DNA from: Candidatus Saccharimonadota bacterium
GTDB taxonomy: Bacteria; Pseudomonadota; Gammaproteobacteria; Enterobacterales; Enterobacteriaceae
Direction: 5' to 3'
Assembly (NCBI RefSeq): GCF_014857065.1
Contig: NZ_CP046533.1
Coordinates: forward strand, 390,001 to 422,000
DNA length: 32,000 bases
Made by a program: the position numbers and the translations under genes. The notes below the pieces were generated by a model that did no database searches, was not told the DNA's origin, and saw only the letters and a list, made by a program, of their open reading frames with translations. Positions 1-11,116 of the stretch are shown here, one piece after another; position 1 is the first letter of the stretch; every line of letters starts with the position of its first letter.

Positions 1-46
1 ATTGTTGTAAGTCGTTTTCATTTAAATGAAAACGACTTACAACAAT
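1..46. repeat. Perfect inverted repeat (21-nt arms, 4-nt TTAA centre) at the window edge
   Basis: attgttgtaagtcgttttcat-ttaa-atgaaaacgacttacaacaat. The arms are exact reverse complements. The left arm starts at window position 1, so the true extent is unknown. Confidence 0.95.
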
Positions 47-493
47 AGTTGGCGGAAAAATATTCTTAACATGAATTAAATGTTTATTATAACCATTATC
101 TTTCCATGCTTGACCATTATACGCAGTATACAAACAATTAATAGCTGGAGCATATATTACACCAACTACAGGTATACCATTTTTAACTAAAGCAATATTA
201 ACAGTAAATTCATTATTTCGCTTTAAAAATTCCTTGGTGCCATCTAATGGATCAACCAACCAAAAAAAATCGGAATCCTTCTTAAAAGAAAAACAATCCT
301 CTTCAGAAACAATAGGAACATCAGGTGTTAAACGACGCAATCCACAAATAATGATCTTATGCGAAATCAAATCAGCACTAGTTACAGGAGAACTATCCTG
401 TTTCTTATCTACAAAAAAAAACCTTTTATTATTATAAAACCTCATAATTGCTTTCCCAGCTTTACGGGAAAGCCTAATAATTTTTTCAATCAT
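1..493 (-). CDS. cysQ: 3'(2'),5'-bisphosphate nucleotidase CysQ, N-terminal part. It runs off the window start and is absent from the ORF track because no stop is reached.
   Basis: Manual minus-strand translation from the ATG at 493..491 gives MIEKIIRLSRKAGKAIMRFY...SPVTSADLISHKIIICGLRRLTPDVPIVSEED...FFWLVDPLDGTKEFLKRNNEFTVNIALVKNGIPVVGVIYAP...PPTIVVSRFH. It carries the inositol-monophosphatase-family WLVDPLDGTKEF motif and is collinear with E. coli CysQ as I recall it. The last 46 nt (1..46) are a perfect palindrome, so the end of this frame is suspect. Confidence 0.8.
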   Translation of the reverse strand, partial: MIEKIIRLSRKAGKAIMRFYNNKRFFFVDKKQDSSPVTSADLISHKIIICGLRRLTPDVPIVSEEDCFSFKKDSDFFWLVDPLDGTKEFLKRNNEFTVNIALVKNGIPVVGVIYAPAINCLYTAYNGQAWKDNGYNKHLIHVKNIFPPTIVVSRFHLNENDLQQ

Positions 494-630
494 AAATAAA
501 ATAACATAATAGAATATTTAAGATCATTTTTTTTAATGTACCATACGATATTATAAATATCAAAAATACCTTACATGTAAAAATTTATCACATTTATTTT
601 AATATACTTATTTAAATTAAAGAATAAAAA

Positions 631-1092
631 CTAAATTTCTGAAGAAATAGTTACAACCACGCTGGAATAAATTCCACTATATAATTTAATTTTAACTGTA
701 TGATTCCCAACAACACGCAAACCTTTATTAGAGACCCTAACCTCATTTTTAGATACTTTGACTCCAGCATTAGTTATAGCAATAGCTATATCACGAGCAC
801 CTACAGAACCAAATAATTTACCTTCTGCGCCTACCTTGGATAAAATGACAATCGACCCAAGAGCATTAATTTTTTCTGAACGCACTCTAGCCATCATCTG
901 TAATTGCAAAAATTTACTTTCTAATTCACTCTGCTTATTTTTAAAACGTGAAATATTTTTCTTTGTAGCAATAATGGCTTTTCCAGTGGGAAATAAAAAA
1001 TTACGAGCATATCCAGCTTTAACATAAAACAAAAAACCCACCTCACCGAGATTATCAACTTTTTCTAACAAAATAACACGTAATTGTTTCAT
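631..1092 (-). CDS. rplI: 50S ribosomal protein L9
   Basis: 153-aa ORF with an ATG start. The sequence ...RVILLEKVDNLGEVG...VKAGYARNFLFPTGKAI.ATKKN... matches E. coli L9 (MQVILLDKVANLG...VKAGYARNFLVPQGKAV). It follows rpsR as in the rpsF-priB-rpsR-rplI operon. Confidence 0.95.
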   Translation of the reverse strand: MKQLRVILLEKVDNLGEVGFLFYVKAGYARNFLFPTGKAIIATKKNISRFKNKQSELESKFLQLQMMARVRSEKINALGSIVILSKVGAEGKLFGSVGARDIAIAITNAGVKVSKNEVRVSNKGLRVVGNHTVKIKLYSGIYSSVVVTISSEI

Positions 1093-1116
1093 AAATTCTA
1101 CATCACAAAATACTAA

Positions 1117-1344
1117 CTAAAGATGACTATCTGTATAAGGTAAAAAGGCAATATAGCGCGCCCTTTTAATAGCACGTGACAAACGACGCTGAAATTTTGC
1201 AGCAGACCCCGTAATCCTACTAGGAACAATTTTACCACTCTCTATAACATAATTTTTCAACTTCGAGATATCTTTATAATCAATTTCAACATATTTATCT
1301 ATGTTAAATCTACAAAATTTACGACCACGAGAATAATACACCAT
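1117..1344 (-). CDS. rpsR: 30S ribosomal protein S18
   Basis: 75 aa. RKFCRFN...[53 protein letters not shown] is near-identical to E. coli S18. Confidence 0.97.
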   Translation of the reverse strand: MVYYSRGRKFCRFNIDKYVEIDYKDISKLKNYVIESGKIVPSRITGSAAKFQRRLSRAIKRARYIAFLPYTDSHL

Positions 1345-1479
1345 AAAAAATTTCCCAAATATTAGAATAATCGCATTAATACATATTAATCCATCAACCT
1401 AACAACGCGCAAATTATACTTATCATTCATCATAAAACACTAAAAACTATCTACCACTATTATCATTAATCTTCTACAA

Positions 1480-1821
1480 TTAAATACTATGTGAATCCTT
1501 ATCCTTAACCTGCATCATCGGGGATGAATCAGTAATTGCTTTTTTCACTTTTATAATCATATTACGAATTATATTATCATTAAATTTGAAAGTATTCTCC
1601 AATTTACTCAAGGTTTTAAAAGAAACCTCTATATTTAATAAAATATAATAAGCCTTATGCAATTTTTTAATTGGATATGCTAAAGTACGACGCCCCCAAT
1701 CTTCCAAACGATGTATTATTCCATTATCAACTAATATAAGATTCCTATATTGTTCAATCATACTATCAATATGCTCACTATAATCAGGATTAATCATTAA
1801 AACAATTTCGTAATGACGCAT
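1480..1821 (-). CDS. rpsF: 30S ribosomal protein S6, lacking the C-terminal acidic Glu tail of E. coli S6
   Basis: MRHYEIVLMINPDYSEHIDSMIEQYR...IHRLEDWGRRTLAYPIKKLHKAYYILLNIE matches E. coli S6 from its first residue. I therefore place the start at the ATG at 1821 (or 1824), not at the ORF-track start 1839. Confidence 0.93.
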   Translation of the reverse strand: MRHYEIVLMINPDYSEHIDSMIEQYRNLILVDNGIIHRLEDWGRRTLAYPIKKLHKAYYILLNIEVSFKTLSKLENTFKFNDNIIRNMIIKVKKAITDSSPMMQVKDKDSHSI

Positions 1822-2037
1822 CATAAGAACTCCATACATATCTTATAAAACCATAAATAACTACAACAATACCAAATATCTATTTAGCACAGTCATGTAA
1901 ATAAAACACTTCTCATAAAAATAACATAAAATACCAAACCAACCTAACAATACACAATAGAAAATACATCGCACGCTTTTGCATGATACTAAATTTACTA
2001 AAAAAAACAACATACGCAATCAAAAATACAACTAAAA

Positions 2038-2787
2038 TTAAAGATTATTTTTTTGTCGCGTAACCTCAAATAAACAAATACCTGTAGCTACAGCGACATT
2101 AAGAGAAATAATAGAACCATTAGAAAACATTGGAATACTAACCAAATCATCACAAGTTTTTTTAGTTAAATTTCTAATACCACTACTTTCAGATCCCATA
2201 ATTAATGCTATTTTTCCAATCAAATTAATTTTATGCAAATAAATATCAGATTTCGGTACGGTACCTATAACTCTTATGTCTTTTTTCTTAAGTAACTGCA
2301 ATGTACGAACTAAATTAGTAACACGAATTAAAGGAATAACTTCTGCAGCGCCACAAGCTACCTTTCTAACCGTAGCATTTATTTTAGAGGAACGATTACG
2401 AGGTACAATCACAACATGCACGCCAAAAACGCTAGCACAACGTAAACATGCCCCTAGATTATGAGGATCAGTAACACAATCCAAAACTAAAATTAATGGA
2501 TTATCTTCTTTAGCTAAAAAATCTAATAAATAATTCTCACGAAAATCAATTTTTCTACGAACTTTAGCAACTATTCCTTGGTGAGAAGAAAAACCAATTT
2601 TTTTTAGCAACCAATAACGACTCTGTACTTTTTCTACAAGACAAATCTCTTCTAGTTTACTAAACAAAATCTTTAAACGGTTATTATTACAAGAAAATTC
2701 ATTGGTAATATAAACTTTTAAAAAAGCATGGGGATCTTTATCTAATAAAGATTGAATGGCATGAATACCGTATATAAATTCACACAT
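2038..2787 (-). CDS. rlmB: 23S rRNA (guanosine-2'-O-)-methyltransferase RlmB (SpoU/TrmH family)
   Basis: 249 aa. IYGIHAIQSLL...HQGIVAKV...ILVLDCVTDPHNLGACLR...KVACGAAEVIPLIRVTNLVRT...SLNVAVATGICLFE is collinear with E. coli RlmB (YjfH). Confidence 0.9.
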   Translation of the reverse strand: MCEFIYGIHAIQSLLDKDPHAFLKVYITNEFSCNNNRLKILFSKLEEICLVEKVQSRYWLLKKIGFSSHQGIVAKVRRKIDFRENYLLDFLAKEDNPLILVLDCVTDPHNLGACLRCASVFGVHVVIVPRNRSSKINATVRKVACGAAEVIPLIRVTNLVRTLQLLKKKDIRVIGTVPKSDIYLHKINLIGKIALIMGSESSGIRNLTKKTCDDLVSIPMFSNGSIISLNVAVATGICLFEVTRQKNNL

Positions 2788-2996
2788 AAAATAAATTTAA
2801 CCATACTTTATTTTAAATATCAAAATAAATAATATTACAAAATTAAATTTAAACTGTATGCAACAAATCATCTACAATTAATATTAACATTACAATTACA
2901 TAAACAAAATTTTCATGAAAGAATAAAGTAGATGCAAAACTAAAACCATGTCTTAAAAATACAAAAATTGGATATAAACCATTTCAAATTACAATT

Positions 2997-4319
<1,323 letters not shown>

Positions 4320-4397
4320 TTAATAATTAACTAAATTGCTTAAAATACAAAAAACAAATCAATAATAAAAAAAAGAAATTCTAAATACAAAAGCAAA

Positions 4398-5435
4398 CTA
4401 ACGTTTCAATTGATTGTTATCAACGATATTTTTAGAGGAATGCATAAAACGAAAAAAATCACTATTCTGACTAAGCAACATTATATTATTCATATTATTA
4501 TTAAAACTATTCTCATACGCATCCAAACTACGGATAAACGAATAAAAATAAGGATCCTCATTGAAAGTATTAGCATACAACTTCGCTGTTTCTGAATCTG
4601 CTTCACCACGAATTATTAAAGACTGACGCTCAGCTTCTGCTAAAGTACGAGTAACTTCATAATCAGCGGATGCACGCAACTTTTCTGCAACCTCTTGGCC
4701 TTGAGAACGATGACGACGAGCAACAGCTTCACGCTCTGCACGCATACGCTGATAAATAGCATCAGAAACTTCTGTAGGTAAATTAATTTGCTTTATTCGT
4801 ACATCAACAATCTCAATTCCTAACGCAGCCATACTATTAGGATTAATTCTTAAAGAACAACTATTAAATGTTTCTAATTCTGCATAGTTAGAAACAGAAG
4901 AAATAACATTATCAATAGCTGCAACTTCCGAATCTTCATTGTTATTACTACTACCAGAAGTACCATAATTTAATGATTCACGAACATCATTCATTAATCG
5001 ATTACGCGAATCAGTAACAATACCTTGAACATCAAGCTTACCAAGCTCAGAACGTAAACGATCAGAAAATTTACGCTTTATTAAAACTTCTGCTTGAGAA
5101 ATATCTCCTCCACCAGTCGCTAAATAATAACGACTAAAATCACTAATACGCCATTTAACATAAGAATCAACAATCAAATCTTTTTTTTCCATAGTTACAA
5201 AACGATCTGCCTGATTTTCCATAGTCTGGATACGTGCATCAAGATTCTTTACCGTTTCAATAAATGGTATTTTCATATGCAAACCAGGAATATAAACCAA
5301 CGGATTTTTATCAGCATCGCGTAAAACTTTGCCAAAACGCAACATGATACCTCGCTGCCCTTCCTGAACTATAAATAACGAAGAATACAATACCAAAAAA
5401 ACCACAACAAGACTGAATGCAAAAAAATTACGCAT
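4398..5435 (-). CDS. hflC: FtsH protease modulator HflC (SPFH/band-7 family)
   Basis: 345 aa. LRFGKVLRD..KNPLVY.PGLH.KIPFIETVK.LDARIQTM.NQADRFVT.EKKDLIVDSY.KWRISDFSRYYLATGGGDISQAEVL.KRKFSDRLRSE is near-identical to E. coli HflC. It lies directly downstream of hflK. Confidence 0.96.
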   Translation of the reverse strand: MRNFFAFSLVVVFLVLYSSLFIVQEGQRGIMLRFGKVLRDADKNPLVYIPGLHMKIPFIETVKNLDARIQTMENQADRFVTMEKKDLIVDSYVKWRISDFSRYYLATGGGDISQAEVLIKRKFSDRLRSELGKLDVQGIVTDSRNRLMNDVRESLNYGTSGSSNNNEDSEVAAIDNVISSVSNYAELETFNSCSLRINPNSMAALGIEIVDVRIKQINLPTEVSDAIYQRMRAEREAVARRHRSQGQEVAEKLRASADYEVTRTLAEAERQSLIIRGEADSETAKLYANTFNEDPYFYSFIRSLDAYENSFNNNMNNIMLLSQNSDFFRFMHSSKNIVDNNQLKR

Positions 5436-5505
5436 ACTCTCTATATTAATTAACCTCTTTTATTTGTGACTACATCATTTAGATTGATTAAAATCGCGAT
5501 ATTTA

Positions 5506-6591
5506 TTAATTATTAACTATTTTCCTGTTAGCGATACTATTAAAATCTGTATCTCGCACTAAAACCACATCATTATTATTATCTGATAATCTATGATTGT
5601 CTAATATTGAAGATTGTAAAACATTATTAGCAGCAATTTTATTAATCTGACGATCTTTATGAGAAAATCCAAAAATTTGTTCCATAGATAAGACCACAAA
5701 ATTATTAGACAACTTTTCATTAATTAATATTTTGTGTGTATTACGCAATACACGCTCCATTGTATCTATATATAATCTTTCTCTAGTAATTCTCGGAGCG
5801 GCTTTATATTCCGGTAAAATTTTAGAAAATCTTTCTACCTCACCTTGAGCCTTAAATACAGTACGCGCCTTATAGGCTTTACCTTCCTCTAAAATTCGTT
5901 GCGCTTGCCCATTAGCACGAGGTTGTACTTCATTTGCATATGCTTCTGCTTCACGAATATACTGTTGTTCATTTTCACGAGCAGCAATAGCATCATCGAA
6001 AGCTGCTTTTACTTCTTCTGGTGGACGAGCAGTTTGAAAATTAACATCTAAAAGTGTAATACCCATATTATAAGGATAAATAGTATTTTCTAATACACGT
6101 CGAGTATCACTCCTCACCACAGTACGACCTTCTGTTAAAATACGATCCATAGTATATTTTCCAATTACACCACGTAGTGCACTATCCGTAGCTTGACGCA
6201 AACTATAATCAGCGTTGACAACACTAAATAAATACCTTTCCGGTTCAGTCACACGATACTGTACGTTCATCTCAACCCGCACTACATTTTCATCAGAAGT
6301 CAACATTGTGCCAGATGCCGCCAATTCACGTACTGATTCAACGTTGACAGGAATAACTACATCAAGAAAAGTTGGTTTCCAATTAAGACCAGGATATACC
6401 AAATGATCAAATTTTCCGAAACGAAGAACCACCCCGCGCTCAGCTTCTTTGATGGTGTAAAATCCACTAACAACCCAACAAAGTGAAAGCACAAACAAAA
6501 CCATAAAAAGATAATGATAAATCTTTTTTTCAGGTATTCCCATCATAGCACCATTACCAATATTGAATACATCAAATCTAAAATTGAACAT
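5506..6591 (-). CDS. hflK: FtsH protease modulator HflK (SPFH/band-7 family)
   Basis: 361 aa. SGFYTIKEAERGVVLRFGKF.HLV.PGLNWKPTF.D...RELAASG.MLTSDENVVRVEMNVQYRV and the C-terminal half match E. coli HflK. The Gly-rich cytoplasmic N-terminus of E. coli HflK is absent. The start could instead be the MMG at 6546/6543. Confidence 0.95.
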   Translation of the reverse strand: MFNFRFDVFNIGNGAMMGIPEKKIYHYLFMVLFVLSLCWVVSGFYTIKEAERGVVLRFGKFDHLVYPGLNWKPTFLDVVIPVNVESVRELAASGTMLTSDENVVRVEMNVQYRVTEPERYLFSVVNADYSLRQATDSALRGVIGKYTMDRILTEGRTVVRSDTRRVLENTIYPYNMGITLLDVNFQTARPPEEVKAAFDDAIAARENEQQYIREAEAYANEVQPRANGQAQRILEEGKAYKARTVFKAQGEVERFSKILPEYKAAPRITRERLYIDTMERVLRNTHKILINEKLSNNFVVLSMEQIFGFSHKDRQINKIAANNVLQSSILDNHRLSDNNNDVVLVRDTDFNSIANRKIVNN

Positions 6592-7136
6592 ATTATACTA
6601 CTATTACCCAGAGAACGATCTTTATTTTTTATACCTGCGTACGGTAAAACAGAAAAATAATTGCAATGAAAATTCAAAACTACAACTTAATTTTCGTAAT
6701 CATATCAAAAAATTATTGCTAATGTAAGCCTTTATTTTCTCGATTATTAGATATCATTAAATAACTATTTAAGAGTACACTACCTGAACCTTCACCTTTG
6801 CCCTTCAGTAATTAAATAACACTTATGTGAAACAATCTAAGTATAAAATATAACTATTATTCTAATTAACTATTAAGTAAACGGCACAACTCTTAAACCC
6901 TAACAGATATTCAATGTGTTAAAAATAATTTAAAATACAAATGCCCAACACTAATAAACTAATATCAACGAAACAACAACAAAGAAACTAATAAAATATA
7001 CAAAACATTACTCACTCAATGAGATATAAACATATTACTATCGACAAAATCGACTTTCATACAAAATCCTAAAAAATAGATAAATGATTTACTAAAATTT
7101 TATATTTCTATTAATCATTCACTTATAGTTCACAGA

Positions 7137-8102
7137 TCATCTTGCATTCGAGGAAGAGCCAATAACATTTAATATCTTATCAACAGAAAAACAAATATCT
7201 TCATTACTTAACCGATGAAGATTGCACCACTTACGTAACCAAGTCATTTGATGTTTAGCAAGTTGACGTGTGGCTTGAATAGCACGTAACACCATTTCAT
7301 CATAATCAATTTCTCCGGATAAATAAGACCACATCTGACGATAACCTACACTACGAATAGATGAGAAATTTTTATTTAAATCTGCCCTAGAATACAAAAC
7401 ATTTACTTCATCTTCAAATCCAATATCCAGCATGTGGTAAAATCGCTGTTCAATTTGTTTATACAATACCCCAACATCTCTCGGATAAATGGCAAATTGA
7501 TATACCGAATGTGTTTTTGTTAAAGGTTTGTAATAAATAATCTTTGTCAATTCTGCCATAGTTTTACCAGATATCCAAAATATCTCTAATGCTCGCAACA
7601 ATCTCACTTTGTCATTTGGATGAATCTTACTTGCTGAAATTGGATCTATTTCCCATAACTTTCTATATAACGATCCCCAACCTATAAATCTCGCTTTTTG
7701 TCTAATATTATCACGTACTTCAAGATTTGCTGGAGGAACAAAAGATAAACCTTCTAATAATCGTTTAAAATAAAACATTGTTCCACCAACTAACAATGGT
7801 ATATTACCATTTGAAATGATATTTGAAATCTCATGAAATGCATCTCTATAAAAATTTGCAACTGAATAATACTCAGACGGATCACAAATATCTATTAATT
7901 TATGTGGAGCCAATACCAATTCTTCTGAAACTGGCTTAGCTGTACCAATATTCATCCCGCGATATATCAGCATAGAATCCACACTAATAATCTCCACAGA
8001 TAATCTTTTTTTTAAGGCTAACGCTAATGCAGTTTTTCCTGAAGCAGTAGGACCCATCAAAAAAATAACAAGTGGTAGATCTGATTTTACTATATCAAAC
8101 AT
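7137..8102 (-). CDS. miaA: tRNA dimethylallyltransferase (i6A37 synthase)
   Basis: From the ATG at 8102, [30 protein letters not shown] aligns with the E. coli MiaA N-terminus ([30 protein letters not shown]). [12 protein letters not shown] also matches the C-terminal region. The ORF-track start at 8144 adds 14 unmatched residues. Confidence 0.94.
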   Translation of the reverse strand: [321 protein letters not shown]

Positions 8103-8173
8103 AAAAACCAAATAAATAACAGACTTTAAATTAAAAATAAACAAAAACCAATTTTTTATTAATCATGAATATT

Positions 8174-9433
8174 TTAATTACGATCTGAAGATATATATAA
8201 TGGATGAGCGATAAAGTAAGCTCGCAAACCTTTATAAATCGCTATAGCTATCTTTTTTTGATAAAAATTATTACTAAGTAATTTTTCTTCAGATGAATTA
8301 CTAATAAAACCAGTCTCAACCAATAAAGATGGAATATCAGGAGAACGCAAAACACCAAAACTAGATGAAATAGGCTTTAATTTATGTAATTTACCAAAAT
8401 CACGTAAATGATGCAGTACACAAACTCCCAATTCATAACTTACTTTCTGAGAATAACCGAATTGCAAATCTAAAATAACCTGATTAAAATAAGGATTAAC
8501 ATCTCTGTTAATAGTCAACAAACTAGAAGTACCTCTAAAGCCAATAGAATTCTTTTTATATTGTTCTAGACAAATATCCATCTCCCTATTGGCACGTCTA
8601 CTGGATAATATCCAAACAGAAAAACCTTTAACTTCTTTATTGAAAGCAGAATCGACATGAATTGATATTAAAACATTCGCACCATGCTTACGAGCAAACT
8701 CAGATCGATCTATTACAGAAATAAAACAATCACCATTTCTTGTAAGAATTGGCTTAAACTTTTTATCTGCAATAAGTATATTTCTCAACTTACGAGCTAT
8801 AGCAATTGTAACATTCTTTTCACATAACCCATTACGACTAACAGCGCCTGGATCTTGACCTCCATGACCAGCATCAATAACAACTATAATTGGTGTATTA
8901 TTTTGAATGTCGTATTTATCTAATACAGTTGCTGTTACTGATTTTTTTGCCATTAATATTGTACTAAAAAAAAGATCCTTTTTAATTTTTATATCAAAAA
9001 GATGCATAACTGAAATACGCTTTCTCATTGCTTGAGAAAAACATAGTATCTGTTTTGCAACGACTGATATTACACGGCAAAAGCTTATATATTCACCTTT
9101 TATTAAGTTTGTAACTAAAAAATGAAAAACTAAATTATCCTTACAGATGTTAGCTATAGAATAAAACCAAAAACTTTTACCATTAAGATTAATCAAAATA
9201 TAAATAATGTTGAGATAAAAAAAACGTATGATATCTGATGTTACCCCTTTTAGATTAAATGAGGAAAAAAGACTAAAAATAGGGGAAAAAGCAAACTTAC
9301 AATTTAGAGCAATACTACTTATAACTTTACCATTCATCTTTACCTTACTAAAAGACAAAGACTGAAAGTAACTTACTCCAATGTAAAATATACAAAAAAA
9401 CAACAACACTACCCTAAGTCTGATAAATTTCAC
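8174..9433 (-). CDS. amiB: N-acetylmuramoyl-L-alanine amidase AmiB: a diverged AMIN-like N-terminus plus a conserved Amidase_3 domain
   Basis: The C-terminal 240 aa (IIVVIDAGHGGQDPGAVSRNGL.EKNVTIAIARKLR...SIHVDSA...VILDLQFG.SQ...LGVLRSPDIPSLLVETGFISN..EE.LL) match E. coli AmiB. The N-terminal ~180 aa are hydrophobic, Phe/Ile-rich and barely alignable. The GTG start at 9433 overlaps the tsaE stop (GTGA). Confidence 0.9.
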   Translation of the reverse strand: MKFIRLRVVLLFFCIFYIGVSYFQSLSFSKVKMNGKVISSIALNCKFAFSPIFSLFSSFNLKGVTSDIIRFFYLNIIYILINLNGKSFWFYSIANICKDNLVFHFLVTNLIKGEYISFCRVISVVAKQILCFSQAMRKRISVMHLFDIKIKKDLFFSTILMAKKSVTATVLDKYDIQNNTPIIVVIDAGHGGQDPGAVSRNGLCEKNVTIAIARKLRNILIADKKFKPILTRNGDCFISVIDRSEFARKHGANVLISIHVDSAFNKEVKGFSVWILSSRRANREMDICLEQYKKNSIGFRGTSSLLTINRDVNPYFNQVILDLQFGYSQKVSYELGVCVLHHLRDFGKLHKLKPISSSFGVLRSPDIPSLLVETGFISNSSEEKLLSNNFYQKKIAIAIYKGLRAYFIAHPLYISSDRN

Positions 9434-9906
9434 AAATAAAATCCCTGTAATGACAATTTCTCCAATATTTCATTTCCAAGGGAGCTAAATGATTCTAAAA
9501 CTACCTGCCGACCATCATCCAAATAAATTAAATTAATCGTAATGTCTGATTTAGGTAAAATTGGAATACCATTATCTGCCCATTCTATAACACAAATAGA
9601 GCCATCATTAAAATAATCCATAATTCCAATATGTCCAAGCTCTTCAACGTCTCTTATACGATAAAAGTCAAAATGATAAACAATACAGCGTTCTGTTTCA
9701 TATATCTCAACCAATGTATAAGTTGGACTTTTTACAGAACCAGAATAACCTAAAGATCGCAGAAAGCCCTTACAAAGAGTAGTTTTACCAGTTCCAATCT
9801 CTCCCTGTAAATAAATCAAACTTCCTGGAATACAAACACAACCTATTATTCTACCCAACTTAATAGTATCGTATTCACAGGATAAAAAAAACATGCAGCC
9901 TCTCAT
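9430..9906 (-). CDS. tsaE: tRNA t6A37 biosynthesis ATPase TsaE (YjeE)
   Basis: 158 aa. L.GEIGTGKTTLCKGFLRSLGY.G.VKSPTYTLVE.Y......VYHFDFYR..D.EEL matches E. coli YjeE, including the Walker A motif. It sits upstream of amiB as in E. coli. Confidence 0.92.
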   Translation of the reverse strand: MRGCMFFLSCEYDTIKLGRIIGCVCIPGSLIYLQGEIGTGKTTLCKGFLRSLGYSGSVKSPTYTLVEIYETERCIVYHFDFYRIRDVEELGHIGIMDYFNDGSICVIEWADNGIPILPKSDITINLIYLDDGRQVVLESFSSLGNEILEKLSLQGFYL

Positions 9907-10247
9907 AACACATTACACTGTCAGATAACTTATAAAATAATTAATCCCGATTAATTACCCATATCAAAAACAAAACATTACTGACATAAGCACACAAATT
10001 GCTGGTAAAATTAAGTGTATAATTATTTGGCAATAAAGCATTTAAATTTCTACAATATTTTGAAACATACCGAAACTTAGGTAAGAACCACCTCAAGATA
10101 GCAAACAGATTTAAATTAACGCTATTAATCAGCGAAAATATTTATGTCACTTACATGCATATCATGCATCAAAATTATAAAATTATATTTTAAATTGGTG
10201 ATAACTCACACTCAATAAATGGACAATATTTACAAAATCTTAAAACC

Positions 10248-10319
<72 letters not shown>

Positions 10320-10436
10320 ATTAACTTAACTTTAAACAAAATTGCCAAAGTACAAAAAAAATACACATATAAATACTACCATCTCACAAAAACACAAAAT
10401 CCAGTCATGTAATCTAAAAAAAACAATTTGCATAAG

Positions 10437-10979
10437 TTACAATAAACTAAGAAAATGGTTACGGTAATAGATCAACTCAATTACAGAATTTCGAATATCA
10501 TCTAATGCTTGATGAGTTTTATGTATCATTAACTCATTTAAAATAACTGGTTTCCAACGGTAAACTAACTCTCTAATTGTGCTAACATCTAAACAATGAT
10601 AATGAAAATAACTTTCTAATTGCGGCATATAACGAAACAAAAAACGACGATCTTGACCCACACTATTACCACAAATTGGGGATTTACCGCAAGGCACCCA
10701 CTGTTTTAAAAAATCCAATGTTAAAGTAGCTGATACCTTTTCACTAAAACAACTTTTTCTGACCCTATCTATTAAACCAGTAGAAGTATGAGTACTAATA
10801 TTCCACTGATCCATACATGATAACTGCTCATCTGATTGATATATCGCTAATACAGGACCTTCTGCAAGAACATTTAAATTCACATCAGTGACTAGAGTGG
10901 CAATCTCCAAAATTCGATCACAATCGGGATTCAACCCAGTCATCTCAAGATCAATCCAAACTAAGTTGTCCTCATTCAT
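10437..10979 (-). CDS. orn: Oligoribonuclease
   Basis: 180 aa. [37 protein letters not shown]...L..MD.WN...H..SGL..RV carries the DEDDh exonuclease motifs and matches E. coli Orn over its full length. Confidence 0.95.
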   Translation of the reverse strand: MNEDNLVWIDLEMTGLNPDCDRILEIATLVTDVNLNVLAEGPVLAIYQSDEQLSCMDQWNISTHTSTGLIDRVRKSCFSEKVSATLTLDFLKQWVPCGKSPICGNSVGQDRRFLFRYMPQLESYFHYHCLDVSTIRELVYRWKPVILNELMIHKTHQALDDIRNSVIELIYYRNHFLSLL

Positions 10980-11116
10980 ATAAACCCTATAAACATTATT
11001 TTTTGAAGAAACCGTGAGTCTTAAAGCTATATCGATACAATAAAGAAAATATTTAAGCAGTATACATCAAATTATATAAAAAACAACACAACAGAAAATA
11101 AAAAATCAAGTATTAT

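Noticed and set aside
234-437. A 67-aa + strand ORF near the window start.
   Set aside because: It is antisense to the clearly homologous cysQ reading frame (minus strand, 493 down to 1).
1822-1839. N-terminal extensions in the ORF track for rpsF (to 1839), miaA (to 8144), mscM (from 12461), ribB (to 23944), folB (to 29158) and tsaD (to 30999).
   Set aside because: In each case the extension starts at GTG, TTG or an upstream ATG and adds residues with no counterpart in the E. coli orthologue. An internal ATG reproduces the orthologue's N-terminus exactly. I therefore used the internal ATG starts.
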